Shown in pieces: positions 9,700 to 19,460 of a stretch of DNA of 64,000 bases. The DNA lies in contig JAURHM010000007.1 in assembly GCA_030833315.1 (NCBI GenBank), positions 3,760 through 67,759 of the forward strand, written 5' to 3'. The stretch is from Burkholderiales bacterium. Its GTDB lineage: Bacteria; Pseudomonadota; Gammaproteobacteria; Burkholderiales; SG8-41. The notes beneath the pieces were generated by a model. The model did no database searches, was not told where the DNA came from, and saw only the letters and a program-made list of their open reading frames with translations. The translations under genes and the position numbers were made by a program. Numbering within the stretch: the first letter of the stretch is position 1; every line of letters begins with the position of its first letter.

Positions 9700-10623
9700 A
9701 TGGCAGAACCCAAAATGATGGAAGGCAAAGTCGTCGTTGTCACCGGCGCAGGCCGCGGCATCGGTGCCGCAATTGCGAAGCTGGCCGCGCAAAAAGGCGC
9801 AAAGGTCATCGTCAATGACATCGGCGTCGGACTCGACGGCGCCGGCGGTGACCAGACCCCGGCCCAGGAAGTCGTCAATGAAATCAAAAAGGCCGGCGGT
9901 GAAGCCGCGCCCAGTTACGACAGTGTCTCGGATTTCACCAGCGCCGGAAAAATCATCCAGTGCGCGATGGACAATTTCGGTCGCGTTGATGCCGTGGTCA
10001 ACAACGCCGGTATTTTGCGTGACGTAATTTTTCACAAGATGAGCGAAAGCGACTGGGATTCGGTGGTCAACGTCATGCTTAAAGGTGCCTTCAACACCGC
10101 ACGCCACGCCGCAGACCATTTCCGCAAGCAGGAATCCGGCGCATTCGTGCACATGACCTCCACTTCCGGACTGATCGGCGGCATGGGCCAGGCCAACTAC
10201 GGCGCGGCCAAACTGGGCATGGTGGCGCTGTCGAAAGCCATCGCCGTCGACATGTCACGCTTCAATGTGCGTTCGAACTGCATCGCACCGGTGGCCTGGA
10301 CGCGGATGACCGCGTCGATCCCGGCAAAAGACCCGGCCACTGCCGCACGCATCGAACAGCGCAAGCAGGTTACCCCCGAGCACAACGCACCGCTGGCCGT
10401 TTACCTGATCAGCGACGCCGCCAAGGGCGTCAATGCCCAGGTCTTCGCCACGCGCAAGAATGAAATCTTCCTGATGAGCCAGTCGCGCCCGCTGCGCAGC
10501 GTACACCGCGCCGACGGCTGGACGCCGGAGCGCTGCGCCGAACATATGTACCCGGCACTGAAAACCGGCTTTTACAATCCGGTCGAGCGTACCGCCGACG
10601 TGTTCTCCTGGGATTCGATCTAA
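9700..10623 (+). CDS. short-chain dehydrogenase/reductase (MFE-2-type hydroxyacyl-CoA dehydrogenase-like)
   Basis: TGAGRGIGAAIA cofactor motif, NNAG, YGAAK catalytic motif. Confidence 0.8.
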   Translation: MAEPKMMEGKVVVVTGAGRGIGAAIAKLAAQKGAKVIVNDIGVGLDGAGGDQTPAQEVVNEIKKAGGEAAPSYDSVSDFTSAGKIIQCAMDNFGRVDAVVNNAGILRDVIFHKMSESDWDSVVNVMLKGAFNTARHAADHFRKQESGAFVHMTSTSGLIGGMGQANYGAAKLGMVALSKAIAVDMSRFNVRSNCIAPVAWTRMTASIPAKDPATAARIEQRKQVTPEHNAPLAVYLISDAAKGVNAQVFATRKNEIFLMSQSRPLRSVHRADGWTPERCAEHMYPALKTGFYNPVERTADVFSWDSI

Positions 10624-10653
10624 GCCGCGGACTTTTGCCCTAACGCCACCGCC

Positions 10654-11922
10654 TTGAACGACACCCACCGCGGCAAAGACCTTCCCTGGCTGCTCTGGCT
10701 CTGCGCCAGCCGCGCCAGTTTCACCATCATTTTCACGGCGTACTCGGCGGTGATGCCGCTGATCACGCCGGAATGGGGTTTGAGCGCCAGCCAGGCCGGT
10801 TTGATTCAATCATCCTGGCATTTCGGTTATCTGTTTTCATTGTTCACCATCGGTTTTCTCGCCGACCGTTACGGCGCGCGTCGCATCTTTCTCGCCTCCA
10901 GCATTGCCGCCAGCATCACCGCGATGATTTTCGCGCTGTTCGCCAATGACTTTTATTCGGCTGCCATTCTCTACGGACTGACCGGACTGTTTTCCGGCGG
11001 CTCTTACACCCCCGGGCTGACGCTGATCTCCGAACGCTTTCATTCCTCCAGCCGCGGCCGCTCAATGGGCTTCTATCTCGCCGCCGCTTCCGCCGGTTAT
11101 GCCATTTCACTGATCATGACCGGCGCCGTGGCGCCTTTCATCGGCTGGCGCGGCGCGCTGATCCTCAACGCCGCCGGCCCGGTGCTGGGCGCGCTGATCG
11201 CCATCTATGCCTTGAGGCATACGCCCAACTTAATCCACCCCGACGGGGAAGGCGAGCCCAAAGCCAATCCGATCCCGGTGGTGCTGAAAAACAAACCGGC
11301 GATGCTGGTGACCTGGGCCTATTCCTTCCATTCCTGGGAACTGCTCGGACTCAAGGCCTGGCTGCCGGCGTTTTTTGCCGCATCCGCAGCGATCTCCGGC
11401 AGCACGCTGCTGCAGGCTGCCAGCCTCGGCGCCGGTCTGACCGCGATCACCTATATCACCAGCATGGGCGGCAGCATCGCCGGCGGCTGGCTGTCCGACC
11501 GCTACGGACGTACTGCCACCATCCTGATCATGTCGGTCAGCAGCATGTCCCTGTGTTTTGCGTTGGGCTGGATGGTGCAATTGCCGCTGTGGCTGCTGGT
11601 CATCATTGCGTCCATCCACAGTTTCCTCGCCATCGGCGACTCCTCGGTGTATTCCACGGCAGTCACCGAACTGGTGCCGCCGCGTTATCTCGGCGCCGCC
11701 TACTCGGTGCGCTCGGTGATCGGCTTCAGCGCCGGCGCTTTCTCACCCTGGGTGTTCGGCCTGGTGCTCGATGCCACCCGCGCCGCGAAACCCGATGCCG
11801 AGGTACTGGCCTGGGGACTCGCCTGGTGTTCGCTGGGTGCAGCCGCACTGTTCGGTCCGCTGGCAACGCTGCGCCTGCGCCAGATGCCCGAAAGCCGGCA
11901 ACTCGCCAACGGCAAACGCTGA
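10654..11922 (+). CDS. MFS transporter
   Basis: About 12 hydrophobic segments and a DRYGARR loop motif. The TTG start is uncertain. Confidence 0.7.
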   Translation: MNDTHRGKDLPWLLWLCASRASFTIIFTAYSAVMPLITPEWGLSASQAGLIQSSWHFGYLFSLFTIGFLADRYGARRIFLASSIAASITAMIFALFANDFYSAAILYGLTGLFSGGSYTPGLTLISERFHSSSRGRSMGFYLAAASAGYAISLIMTGAVAPFIGWRGALILNAAGPVLGALIAIYALRHTPNLIHPDGEGEPKANPIPVVLKNKPAMLVTWAYSFHSWELLGLKAWLPAFFAASAAISGSTLLQAASLGAGLTAITYITSMGGSIAGGWLSDRYGRTATILIMSVSSMSLCFALGWMVQLPLWLLVIIASIHSFLAIGDSSVYSTAVTELVPPRYLGAAYSVRSVIGFSAGAFSPWVFGLVLDATRAAKPDAEVLAWGLAWCSLGAAALFGPLATLRLRQMPESRQLANGKR

Positions 11923-11996
11923 GGCATTGGTTCCCGGTTTGTTTCCTGCGTTGCCCTGCTAAACTGCGCCACCCGGGTCCCATTGACGAGAACAAC

Positions 11997-13133
11997 ATGA
12001 AAATCACCAAGCTCGAAGTACACATCCTGCGCGCGCCGGATGAAGACCAGCGCCCGTTCTGGGTCAGCAATTTCATCGTGCCCAAGGCCAATGAAATCCT
12101 GGTGCGCCTGCATACCGACGAAGGCATCGAGGGTATCGGTATCGCTACCAGTTACACGCCGATTGAAGCCGCAATCAAGGCTTTCCGCAGCGGCATCGCC
12201 GACCAGATCATCGGCGAAGACCCTCTGGCGCCGGAAAAGCTGCATCACAAGGTGTTCTGGCTGACCGCGCAGAAAATCGCCTCCGAAAAAGGCTGGACGC
12301 GGGAAGCCGTCGTGCGCATCGCCGCGGCGGTGGACATCGCCTGCTGGGACATCATCGGCAAAGCGGCGAAGCTGCCGCTGTTTCGCCTGTTCGGCGGTTT
12401 CCGCAACGTCATCCCCTGCTACGTCACCTGCGCCTATTACCGCGACGGCAAGGACATGGCGGAACTGAAGGATGAAATCCATATGCTCAAGGCGCAAGGC
12501 CACCAGGGCTTCAAGGCCAAGGTTGGAGGCGTCCCGCTGAAAGAGGATCTGAAACGCCTGGAACTGATCCGCGACATCATCGGTCCCGACAAGGAAATGA
12601 TGGTCGACGTCAACCGCGCCTGGGACCTGCCGACCGCGATCACCGCGGCGCGGGAAATGCTGCCGCTCAACCCGCGCTGGCTGGAAGAACCAGTGCGCTG
12701 GGCCGATGACCACCGCGAACTGATCAAACTCGCGCAGCAGACCAATATCCCGCTGTCGGCCGGCGAAAGCGAACTCACCGCCTTCGGCTGCCGCGACCTC
12801 GTCGAAGACGGCGCCATCCAGATCCTGCAGTTCGACTGCACGATGATGGGTGGCTTCACCACCGGCCGCAAACTCGCGGCGCTGTGCGAACTGAACCAGG
12901 TGCAGGTCGCGCCGCACCACGACTGCTTCATCCACGCCCACATCGTCGCCGGCAGCCCCGCAGGCTGCATTGTTGAATCCTTTACCGATCCGGAACGCGA
13001 TCCGCTGCAGGCCGAACTCTTCCTCGATCCGCCGAAAATCGCCGACGGCATGCTGCACCTGAAGGAACAACCCGGTCTCGGCCTGACGCTGTCTCCCGCC
13101 GCGCTGAAAAAATTCGGCGAACAGATTCTTTAA
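11997..13133 (+). CDS. enolase-superfamily enzyme (mandelate racemase/muconate lactonizing family)
   Basis: MKITKLEVHILRAP.. capping domain and a KAKVG..MVDVN..WLEEP..AGE barrel pattern. Start refined to ATG 11997. Confidence 0.8.
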   Translation: MKITKLEVHILRAPDEDQRPFWVSNFIVPKANEILVRLHTDEGIEGIGIATSYTPIEAAIKAFRSGIADQIIGEDPLAPEKLHHKVFWLTAQKIASEKGWTREAVVRIAAAVDIACWDIIGKAAKLPLFRLFGGFRNVIPCYVTCAYYRDGKDMAELKDEIHMLKAQGHQGFKAKVGGVPLKEDLKRLELIRDIIGPDKEMMVDVNRAWDLPTAITAAREMLPLNPRWLEEPVRWADDHRELIKLAQQTNIPLSAGESELTAFGCRDLVEDGAIQILQFDCTMMGGFTTGRKLAALCELNQVQVAPHHDCFIHAHIVAGSPAGCIVESFTDPERDPLQAELFLDPPKIADGMLHLKEQPGLGLTLSPAALKKFGEQIL

Positions 13134-13163
13134 TTCATTCCAGCCTCTTTATCCGGAGATTCC

Positions 13164-13874
13164 ATGCACGTCCCAGACGCACTGATGGTCAAGCTGCTCA
13201 AGTCCTGGCACTTTCTCTACAAGCGCGGCTTCATTGAAGGCTTCGGTCATATCAGCGCCCGCCTGCCCGACGATCCCGAGCTGTTCCTGCTGGCACGTCA
13301 CTCGCTGGGCCCGCGAGCCAACCCAGAGGATTTCCTGATTGTCGACATGAAGGGCCGCATCGTTTCCGGCAAGGGTACGATCCCGGGCGAATATCCGATC
13401 CATCTCGAGATCCTGCGCGCACGTCCGGACATCGGCAGCATTTTTCACTATCACGGACTGCACTCGACCGCATTCAGCACCAGTGAACATCAACTGCGCG
13501 CCATTCACCTGATGGGCACGCTGTTCCATGACGGCATTCCGATTTACGAAGACCCGCGCCTGGTCAGCAACCCCGACCGCGGCCTAGCACTGGCCAAGGC
13601 GCTCGGCAGCCACCGCGCCGTGCTGCTGCGCGCCCACGGTGCAGCGATCACCGGTGCGGATGTCGAGGAATGCGTCGGCGGCACCTTCCTGTTCGAAGAA
13701 AACGCGCGACGCGCCCATGCCTCGGCGAGCATGGGCAAGCCGGTCTGGATCGATGAAAAACTGGCGGCCGATGCCGGTGGCGAACTGCTGAAAAGCCGCG
13801 GACCGTTCAAACGCGTCTGGGCTCTGGTCGAAAGCGATCACGAGCAGGAACAGGAACAGCAGCGGCAGCAGTAA
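13164..13874 (+). CDS. class II aldolase/adducin-family protein
   Basis: GHISARLP, HLEILRARPDIGSIFHYH, and LLRAHGAAITG metal-site pattern. Confidence 0.75.
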   Translation: MHVPDALMVKLLKSWHFLYKRGFIEGFGHISARLPDDPELFLLARHSLGPRANPEDFLIVDMKGRIVSGKGTIPGEYPIHLEILRARPDIGSIFHYHGLHSTAFSTSEHQLRAIHLMGTLFHDGIPIYEDPRLVSNPDRGLALAKALGSHRAVLLRAHGAAITGADVEECVGGTFLFEENARRAHASASMGKPVWIDEKLAADAGGELLKSRGPFKRVWALVESDHEQEQEQQRQQ

Positions 13875-13914
13875 AACCGCGCCTCAAGCCGTTTAATCGA
13901 AGGAGATCCAGATC

Positions 13915-14877
13915 ATGTTTTTTGCTTCAAGCCAAACCCTGCTGCCCGTCCTCGCAATGTTTATTGCGTTCAATGCAATGGCGCAGAACTATCCCAGCAA
14001 GCCGGTCCGCATGATCCTGCCCTTCGCCGGCGGCACTGAAACCGTTGGCCGTCTGGTGGCCGGCAAGCTGTCCCCGGCACTGGGACAGCAGGTTGTGCCT
14101 GAACCCCGGCTCGGCGCCACCGGCAATATCGGTTACGTCGCGGCAGCGAAATCACCGGCGGACGGCTATACGCTGCTCATCGGCGCGGTGCCGCTGCTGA
14201 CCAACCCGCACCTCAATCCCAAATCCGGCTTCGACCCGATCCGCGATTTCGCGCCGGTGGCGCTGCTGGCAACCATTCCCAATGTGGTGATCGTGCACCC
14301 TTCCGTACCGGCGAAAAACATGCGTGAGCTGATCGCCATCGCCCGCAGCAAACCGGGCAAGATCGCCTACGGCTCCGGCGGCTTCGGTTCGGCCAACCAT
14401 CTGGCCGCGGAACTGATGCAGTCGTTTTCCAAGATCAAGTTCACCCATGTGCCCTACAAGAGCGCGACACTGGGCATTGCCGGTGCGCTGAGCGGGGATG
14501 TCGACATGGTGATCGTGGTGATCTCCAGCGCCGTGCCTTTCGTAGAATCCGGCCGCATGCGCGCGCTGGCCATCCTCGACAACAAGCGCAACATTTCGAT
14601 TCCTGACGTTCAGACTTCGAAAGAAGCAGGATTGCCGGGGCTGGTCGCCATTAACTGGTACACCATCATGGCGCCAGCCGGCACACCGCGAGCCATCATT
14701 GACCGTCTGAATGCCGAATCGGTGAAAGCCATGTCTGCACCGGACATGCGTGAAAAATTTGTGGCGATGGGAGGCGACATTGCCACCGGCACGCCGGAGC
14801 AGACCGGCGAATTCCTGCGCGCGGAAAATGACCGCTGGGGCAAGGTCATCCGCGAAGCCAACATCAAGGCGGAGTAA
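13915..14877 (+). CDS. Bug/TctC-family periplasmic solute receptor
   Basis: Signal peptide, NYPSKPVRMILPFAGG, HVPYKSATLG. Confidence 0.8.
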   Translation: MFFASSQTLLPVLAMFIAFNAMAQNYPSKPVRMILPFAGGTETVGRLVAGKLSPALGQQVVPEPRLGATGNIGYVAAAKSPADGYTLLIGAVPLLTNPHLNPKSGFDPIRDFAPVALLATIPNVVIVHPSVPAKNMRELIAIARSKPGKIAYGSGGFGSANHLAAELMQSFSKIKFTHVPYKSATLGIAGALSGDVDMVIVVISSAVPFVESGRMRALAILDNKRNISIPDVQTSKEAGLPGLVAINWYTIMAPAGTPRAIIDRLNAESVKAMSAPDMREKFVAMGGDIATGTPEQTGEFLRAENDRWGKVIREANIKAE

Positions 14878-14923
14878 GGGAAGCAACACGCGCCGGGCAC
14901 GGGAACCGCGACCGGCGTCTTCC

Positions 14924-15934
14924 TCAGGGTTTGGGAAACGCCCTGCGGTAGATGTCGAGGTCGACGTATTTCTGCGGATCGGTCAGTTTTGTTGCCGGCT
15001 GACCGAAACGGTTGCGCAGATCCAGAACCGTGCGCATGCCGTCCATGCTGATCGCGACATCGCGGAACAGACCTTCCTTCGGATCGGTGAACACTTCCAG
15101 CGTGCGCCGCGCCAATGCCGGTGTCATTTCACGGTCATTCGCCACCAGCAGCGCTTCGGCGATCTCGCGGTTCTTCGGGTCGTAGATCCATTCCATCGCT
15201 TCACGGTAGGCGCGCATCACGCCGATCGCCGCGGCTTCATTCTGCGCCAGCCAGCCGCGCTGAGCGGCAGCGGCATGTCCCTGATAGCTGCCCAGCAGTT
15301 GGCCCGCCGACCCCAGCCGGACCATTCCGCGGTCCACCGCCTGCAGATCAAACGGCGTATTAAGCAAAGTCGCTGCATTTTTGCCGTCGACCACAGAACG
15401 GAAACGCGCCAGGCTGCCGCCGGTCGGCACATAGCTCACATCCGCATCCTTCAGGCCGGCCCGCGCCAGCATGTCACGCAGCACGAAGGCATAGCCGGTA
15501 GTCAGCGCATCCACTGAAATCGACTTGCCGCGCAAACCGGCAATCGTCTTGATATCAGGCGAGGCAATGAGATGCAGGAATCCACCATTGAGTCCCATGA
15601 ACGTCGCCAGATCGGGCTTGGCGGTGGTTTTACCCTCACCCGCACCTTCCTGATAGGCGACCAGGTTGTCGATACCGAAGATGCCGATATCAAATTTGCC
15701 GTCGATCAGGTTGGTCATAAGAAAGGTGGAATTCGGCGTGATCGTCAGCTTCACCGCAACGCCATGTTTGGCGAAAAAGCCCTGACGCTCTGCCGCCCAG
15801 GCCGGCAGATTAAAGCCGCCGCCGAAGGTGATGATGCTGACCGGGGTCAGCGGTTTGGCAACGCCGGGGGATTGCGCCAATACGGAAAACGGCAGCAACA
15901 ACGCGAGGAACATCAGCTTCGACAGCAGACTCAT
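14924..15934 (-). CDS. NMT1/THI5-like ABC-type periplasmic substrate-binding protein (orphan)
   Basis: Signal peptide MSLLSKLMFLALLLPFSVLA and a nitrate/sulfonate/bicarbonate-type SBP-like sequence. No permease or ATPase gene nearby. Confidence 0.6.
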   Translation of the reverse strand: MSLLSKLMFLALLLPFSVLAQSPGVAKPLTPVSIITFGGGFNLPAWAAERQGFFAKHGVAVKLTITPNSTFLMTNLIDGKFDIGIFGIDNLVAYQEGAGEGKTTAKPDLATFMGLNGGFLHLIASPDIKTIAGLRGKSISVDALTTGYAFVLRDMLARAGLKDADVSYVPTGGSLARFRSVVDGKNAATLLNTPFDLQAVDRGMVRLGSAGQLLGSYQGHAAAAQRGWLAQNEAAAIGVMRAYREAMEWIYDPKNREIAEALLVANDREMTPALARRTLEVFTDPKEGLFRDVAISMDGMRTVLDLRNRFGQPATKLTDPQKYVDLDIYRRAFPKP

Positions 15935-16007
15935 GACAATCTCCCCATCCGGTTATTGTTGCCGGCCAGTATAGTAAATACGCGGCCGGTTCAGGCGGAC
16001 AACGGAA

Positions 16008-16529
16008 TCAGTCAGCCTTCAGCTCAAATACCGCGCCCAGCGATGAGGCCAACTCCATAATGCCGACCAGCGCGGCGATTTCAACCATCTCGGCGGCATT
16101 GAAGTGCTGCTGCAACGCGCCAAAAACAGCATCACTGACCTTGCCCTGCCCCCTGACCATCGCCTCGGCAAACGTCAGTGCGGCCATTTCGCGCGGCTGC
16201 AGTCTGGCGTAATCCCCGCGGTCAATGATCGCGAGTTCCGCTTCGGTGACGCCGTGTTTCAGCGCATAGCTGCGATGTGATGCGCCGGAATAGTCGGAGC
16301 CCCTGAGACGGGCGACACGCCAGGCAATTTTTTCCTTGAACGGTCGCGACAATACGCCGGCATCCAGCGCCGCATGAAAATAGGCGCGGTGCGCCGCCAG
16401 CACCGCCGGCTGGTGGGCCAGAGTGCGGTACATGCCGGGAACACGGCCGCGCGTGGCGCGCAGCTGGTCGAACACCGGTTTCAGTTCCGCCGGTTCGTTA
16501 TCGGGCTCTACAGGGGGAATACGTGCCAT
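16008..16529 (-). CDS. carboxymuconolactone decarboxylase (AhpD-like) family protein
   Basis: MARIPPVEP N-terminus and a CMD helical core. The usual CxxC position reads SDYSGASH. Confidence 0.65.
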   Translation of the reverse strand: MARIPPVEPDNEPAELKPVFDQLRATRGRVPGMYRTLAHQPAVLAAHRAYFHAALDAGVLSRPFKEKIAWRVARLRGSDYSGASHRSYALKHGVTEAELAIIDRGDYARLQPREMAALTFAEAMVRGQGKVSDAVFGALQQHFNAAEMVEIAALVGIMELASSLGAVFELKAD

Positions 16530-16563
16530 GCAGATTCTTTCTGTCGGTTTCCCGTCGCGCACT

Positions 16564-17538
16564 TCAGCGGGTCAAATCGGGCAGCGTCATGCCGACGCCG
16601 AGCTTCAGCGCCTTTTCGTAGGCACGCGCAGCCAGCGCGACATCTTCGATCGCCACACCCAGCGATTTGAACAACGTCACCTCATCGCGCGCATTACGGC
16701 CTTTGATCTTGCCTGCCACGATATCACCAAGGCTGTGCACCTGATCCCATGACAGTTTGCCTTCGCTGACGGGCACCGCGAGATCCGTCGATTCATAACG
16801 CACCTGCTCGGTATCGTCGGTGGCGATGAATTTCGCAGCGGCGACTGTCGCGCTGTCGAGTTCGCGCCGGTGTTCGAAATTGGCGCCGATGGCATTGATA
16901 TGCACGCCGGGTTTCAGCCAGGCACCCTGCACCACCGGTGACGTCGAGGTCGTTGCGGTAATCAGCACATCCGCACCGCGAACCGCATCCTCTTCGGAGG
17001 ATACTGGTATCGCATTGATTTTATTAATTTTTTTGACATCAGCACAAAAGGCTTCACGACTCGCCGCACGCGGGCTCCAGACCCGGATCTCGCTGATGGG
17101 ACGCACTGCGCAGACCGCATCAACCTGGGTGCGTGCCTGTCGCCCCGAACCCAGCACACCGAGCACAGCCGCATCGGGATTGGCCAGGTATTTGGTGGCG
17201 ATGCCGCTGGCCGCACCTGTACGCAAAGCGCCCATTGCGAATACCTGCACCACCGCGCACAGTTCACCGCTCTCTTCGCGATACAGGCAGAACGTACGCC
17301 CGGCATTGCTGTGAAACACTGCCGTGCTCGAAACCTTGACGCCGTAATAGCCGCGGTAGGACAGCACCGCTGCGGTGATGCGTAGCGTGCCACCCTTCAC
17401 GGGCGCGCGCACGCGCGGCACGTTGAACACGCCGCCACGACCCTGTGCGCCGAAAACTTCCTCTACCGCCGCAAGGGCATCTTCCATCGTGACGAGCTGA
17501 CGGACACAGGCCTCGTCAAGAAACAGCGCATTGGACAT
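16564..17538 (-). CDS. ornithine cyclodeaminase/mu-crystallin family protein
   Basis: GVLGSGRQA Rossmann motif, ITATTS, and INAIGAN, all typical of OCD/mu-crystallin. Confidence 0.8.
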   Translation of the reverse strand: MSNALFLDEACVRQLVTMEDALAAVEEVFGAQGRGGVFNVPRVRAPVKGGTLRITAAVLSYRGYYGVKVSSTAVFHSNAGRTFCLYREESGELCAVVQVFAMGALRTGAASGIATKYLANPDAAVLGVLGSGRQARTQVDAVCAVRPISEIRVWSPRAASREAFCADVKKINKINAIPVSSEEDAVRGADVLITATTSTSPVVQGAWLKPGVHINAIGANFEHRRELDSATVAAAKFIATDDTEQVRYESTDLAVPVSEGKLSWDQVHSLGDIVAGKIKGRNARDEVTLFKSLGVAIEDVALAARAYEKALKLGVGMTLPDLTR

Positions 17539-17550
17539 CGGAGTTCCTGT

Positions 17551-18528
17551 TTATTGCGGGGTGATTCCGGCGCGACGCGCGATGGCGCCGATGTTGGCGA
17601 TCTCCGTGGCAATCCTGCGGTCATAGGCCTCGGGTGTAGTCGACACCGGCTCGGCACCCAGTGCGCGCATGCGTTGCTGGGTATCCGGCGCAGCGAGTGC
17701 CGTGGCGATTTCACGATTGAGCCGCGTAATGATCGGGCGCGGCGTTTTCACCGGCGCCACCATGCCGCCCCAGGATTCGAATTCAAAACCCGGCAGTCCT
17801 GATTCCGCCAGCGCCGGGATATCCGGATAGACGGTCGAACGCTTCAAAGAAGTCACGCCCAGGCTGACCAGTCGCCCGTCACGCACCAGGCTGGCCAGTG
17901 AGGCCACCGGCGCCATGAAAAACTGCACGCGATTGGTCATGGTGTCGTTCATCGCTTCGGGGATGCCTTTGTAAGGCACATGGACCACATCGATTTTCGC
18001 GGCATCCTTGAACACCTCGCTGGCGAAATGCGTACCGCTGCCAGTGCCGGCGGAGCTGAAATTCAGCGCGCCCGGTTTGGCTTTCGCCATCGCGATCAGA
18101 TCCCTGGCGGTTTTGACGCCAAGGCTTGGCGGTACCACCAGCAGGTAAGCCGAGCTGTACATCTGCGTGATACCTGCAAAATCCTTGACCGGATCGTAGT
18201 TGAGCTTGCGTACGGCCGGCGCAATCACGTGTGACGATGAAACGCCGAGCAAGGTATGGCCGTCGGGGGTGGAATCGGCGACGATCTTGGTACCGATGGC
18301 GCCACCGGCGCCGGGCCGGTTGTCCACCACGACGGGCTGGCCGAGCGCCTCGCCCAGCTTGCCGCCGATCAGCCGCGAAAAAATGTCCGGCTGGCCGCCA
18401 GGCGTGAAGCCGACGACGATGCGGATCGGTCGCGTCGGAAAATCACTGCCGCCTTTGGCCTGTGCGGCAAATACACCGCCGCTGACCAACAGCAGCGAAA
18501 CGGCAACTGCAGTTTTTTGCATGTTCAT
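17551..18528 (-). CDS. Bug/TctC-family periplasmic solute receptor
   Basis: MNMQKTAVAVSLLLVSGGVFA signal, FPTRPIRIVVGFTPGG, VDNRPGAGG, HVPYKG. GGAGGAA RBS before ATG 18528. Confidence 0.85.
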   Translation of the reverse strand: MNMQKTAVAVSLLLVSGGVFAAQAKGGSDFPTRPIRIVVGFTPGGQPDIFSRLIGGKLGEALGQPVVVDNRPGAGGAIGTKIVADSTPDGHTLLGVSSSHVIAPAVRKLNYDPVKDFAGITQMYSSAYLLVVPPSLGVKTARDLIAMAKAKPGALNFSSAGTGSGTHFASEVFKDAAKIDVVHVPYKGIPEAMNDTMTNRVQFFMAPVASLASLVRDGRLVSLGVTSLKRSTVYPDIPALAESGLPGFEFESWGGMVAPVKTPRPIITRLNREIATALAAPDTQQRMRALGAEPVSTTPEAYDRRIATEIANIGAIARRAGITPQ

Positions 18529-18551
18529 GTTTCCTCCGGTTATTGTTGTGT

Positions 18552-19412
18552 TTACAGTCCGAGCCTGAACTTGAATTTGAGAATCTGCTCCAGCGTGTTC
18601 TGGCCGTTCTGATGCGGCGGCAGCACATCCCACAACTCGGCGTTGGGCATCAGCTCCTTGGTCGCCCACGAAGCCGAATGCGCATGTGATGAATCATTGC
18701 CGGACAGGATGAGCGCAGGAATATCCATTTTCATCAGCGCGGCAGGGCCGGCGCCCGAAAACTGGGTGTCATTGAACAAGGCGTCCCGCGTCTGCTCGCA
18801 GATATTGAAATAGCGATCCATGTCCTGCCTGACGTAGGCGGCGGCAAATTCCGCGTCATGCACCGTGGGCGGCCCCCAGGGGCCGATCTCCGCATCCTCC
18901 CAGAAACTGCGTTTCTCCGGCGCACGCTTCACCACTGCAGCAAAACCGTTCGCACGCACGAAATCCATGTGGCGCTGGAAATAAGTCTGGCCCTTCAGCA
19001 GCCAGCGGTAACCGCCCACCGGCCAGTGCAGACAAAGCCCGAGGCACATTTCGGGGTGACGTTCCGCAAAAGCGGTGGCCAGTGCCGCGCCCATGCAGCT
19101 GCCGAGGATCAGCGCTTTTTTCTCGCCGGCGTGCTCCAGCATCGCCTTCGCTTCCAGCACGTAATGATCCCAGGTCAGCGGCTCAATGCGACCTCCGGAA
19201 AAACCGGCCTCACGGCGGTCATAGGCAATCGCCTTGAAATGTTTGCCCAGCGTGGCCAGACCGTCCATCTCCTTCCACTCGCGCTTGCCGCCGGCTGCGG
19301 TCCAGCGCGCGATGGTCGAGCCGAAACCACCCGGCGCGAACATCAGCAGCGGCGTGCCCTTGCCGACGATTTCGTAATTGATCTTGATGCCATTGATGGT
19401 GGTATTGGCCAT
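18552..19412 (-). CDS. alpha/beta-fold hydrolase
   Basis: GKGTPLLMFAPGG and the nucleophile elbow LGSCMGA (Gly-x-Cys/Ser-x-Gly). Confidence 0.65.
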   Translation of the reverse strand: MANTTINGIKINYEIVGKGTPLLMFAPGGFGSTIARWTAAGGKREWKEMDGLATLGKHFKAIAYDRREAGFSGGRIEPLTWDHYVLEAKAMLEHAGEKKALILGSCMGAALATAFAERHPEMCLGLCLHWPVGGYRWLLKGQTYFQRHMDFVRANGFAAVVKRAPEKRSFWEDAEIGPWGPPTVHDAEFAAAYVRQDMDRYFNICEQTRDALFNDTQFSGAGPAALMKMDIPALILSGNDSSHAHSASWATKELMPNAELWDVLPPHQNGQNTLEQILKFKFRLGL

Positions 19413-19460
19413 GCCCTGCAGACTCCGTAATTGCGATGAATGAAAAGGTTAACGCCTTTG

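Noticed and set aside
11700-13070. Long antisense ORFs (for example 11700..13070 minus 456 aa, 5498..6673 plus 391 aa, 23811..24659 minus, 26803..27783 minus, 44964..45863 plus, 45061..46023 minus, 49987..51006 plus, 62932..63906 plus).
   Set aside because: These are shadow ORFs typical of GC-rich DNA. Their translations are Arg/Gly/Ala/His-rich and low-complexity, with no recognisable motifs, and each lies opposite a gene with clear family signatures.
16008-16562. AhpD/CMD-family gene checked as a possible UxxC selenoprotein, because AhpD-like selenoproteins are known.
   Set aside because: There is no in-frame TGA. The CxxC-equivalent positions are ordinary TCC serine codons (SDYSGASH).
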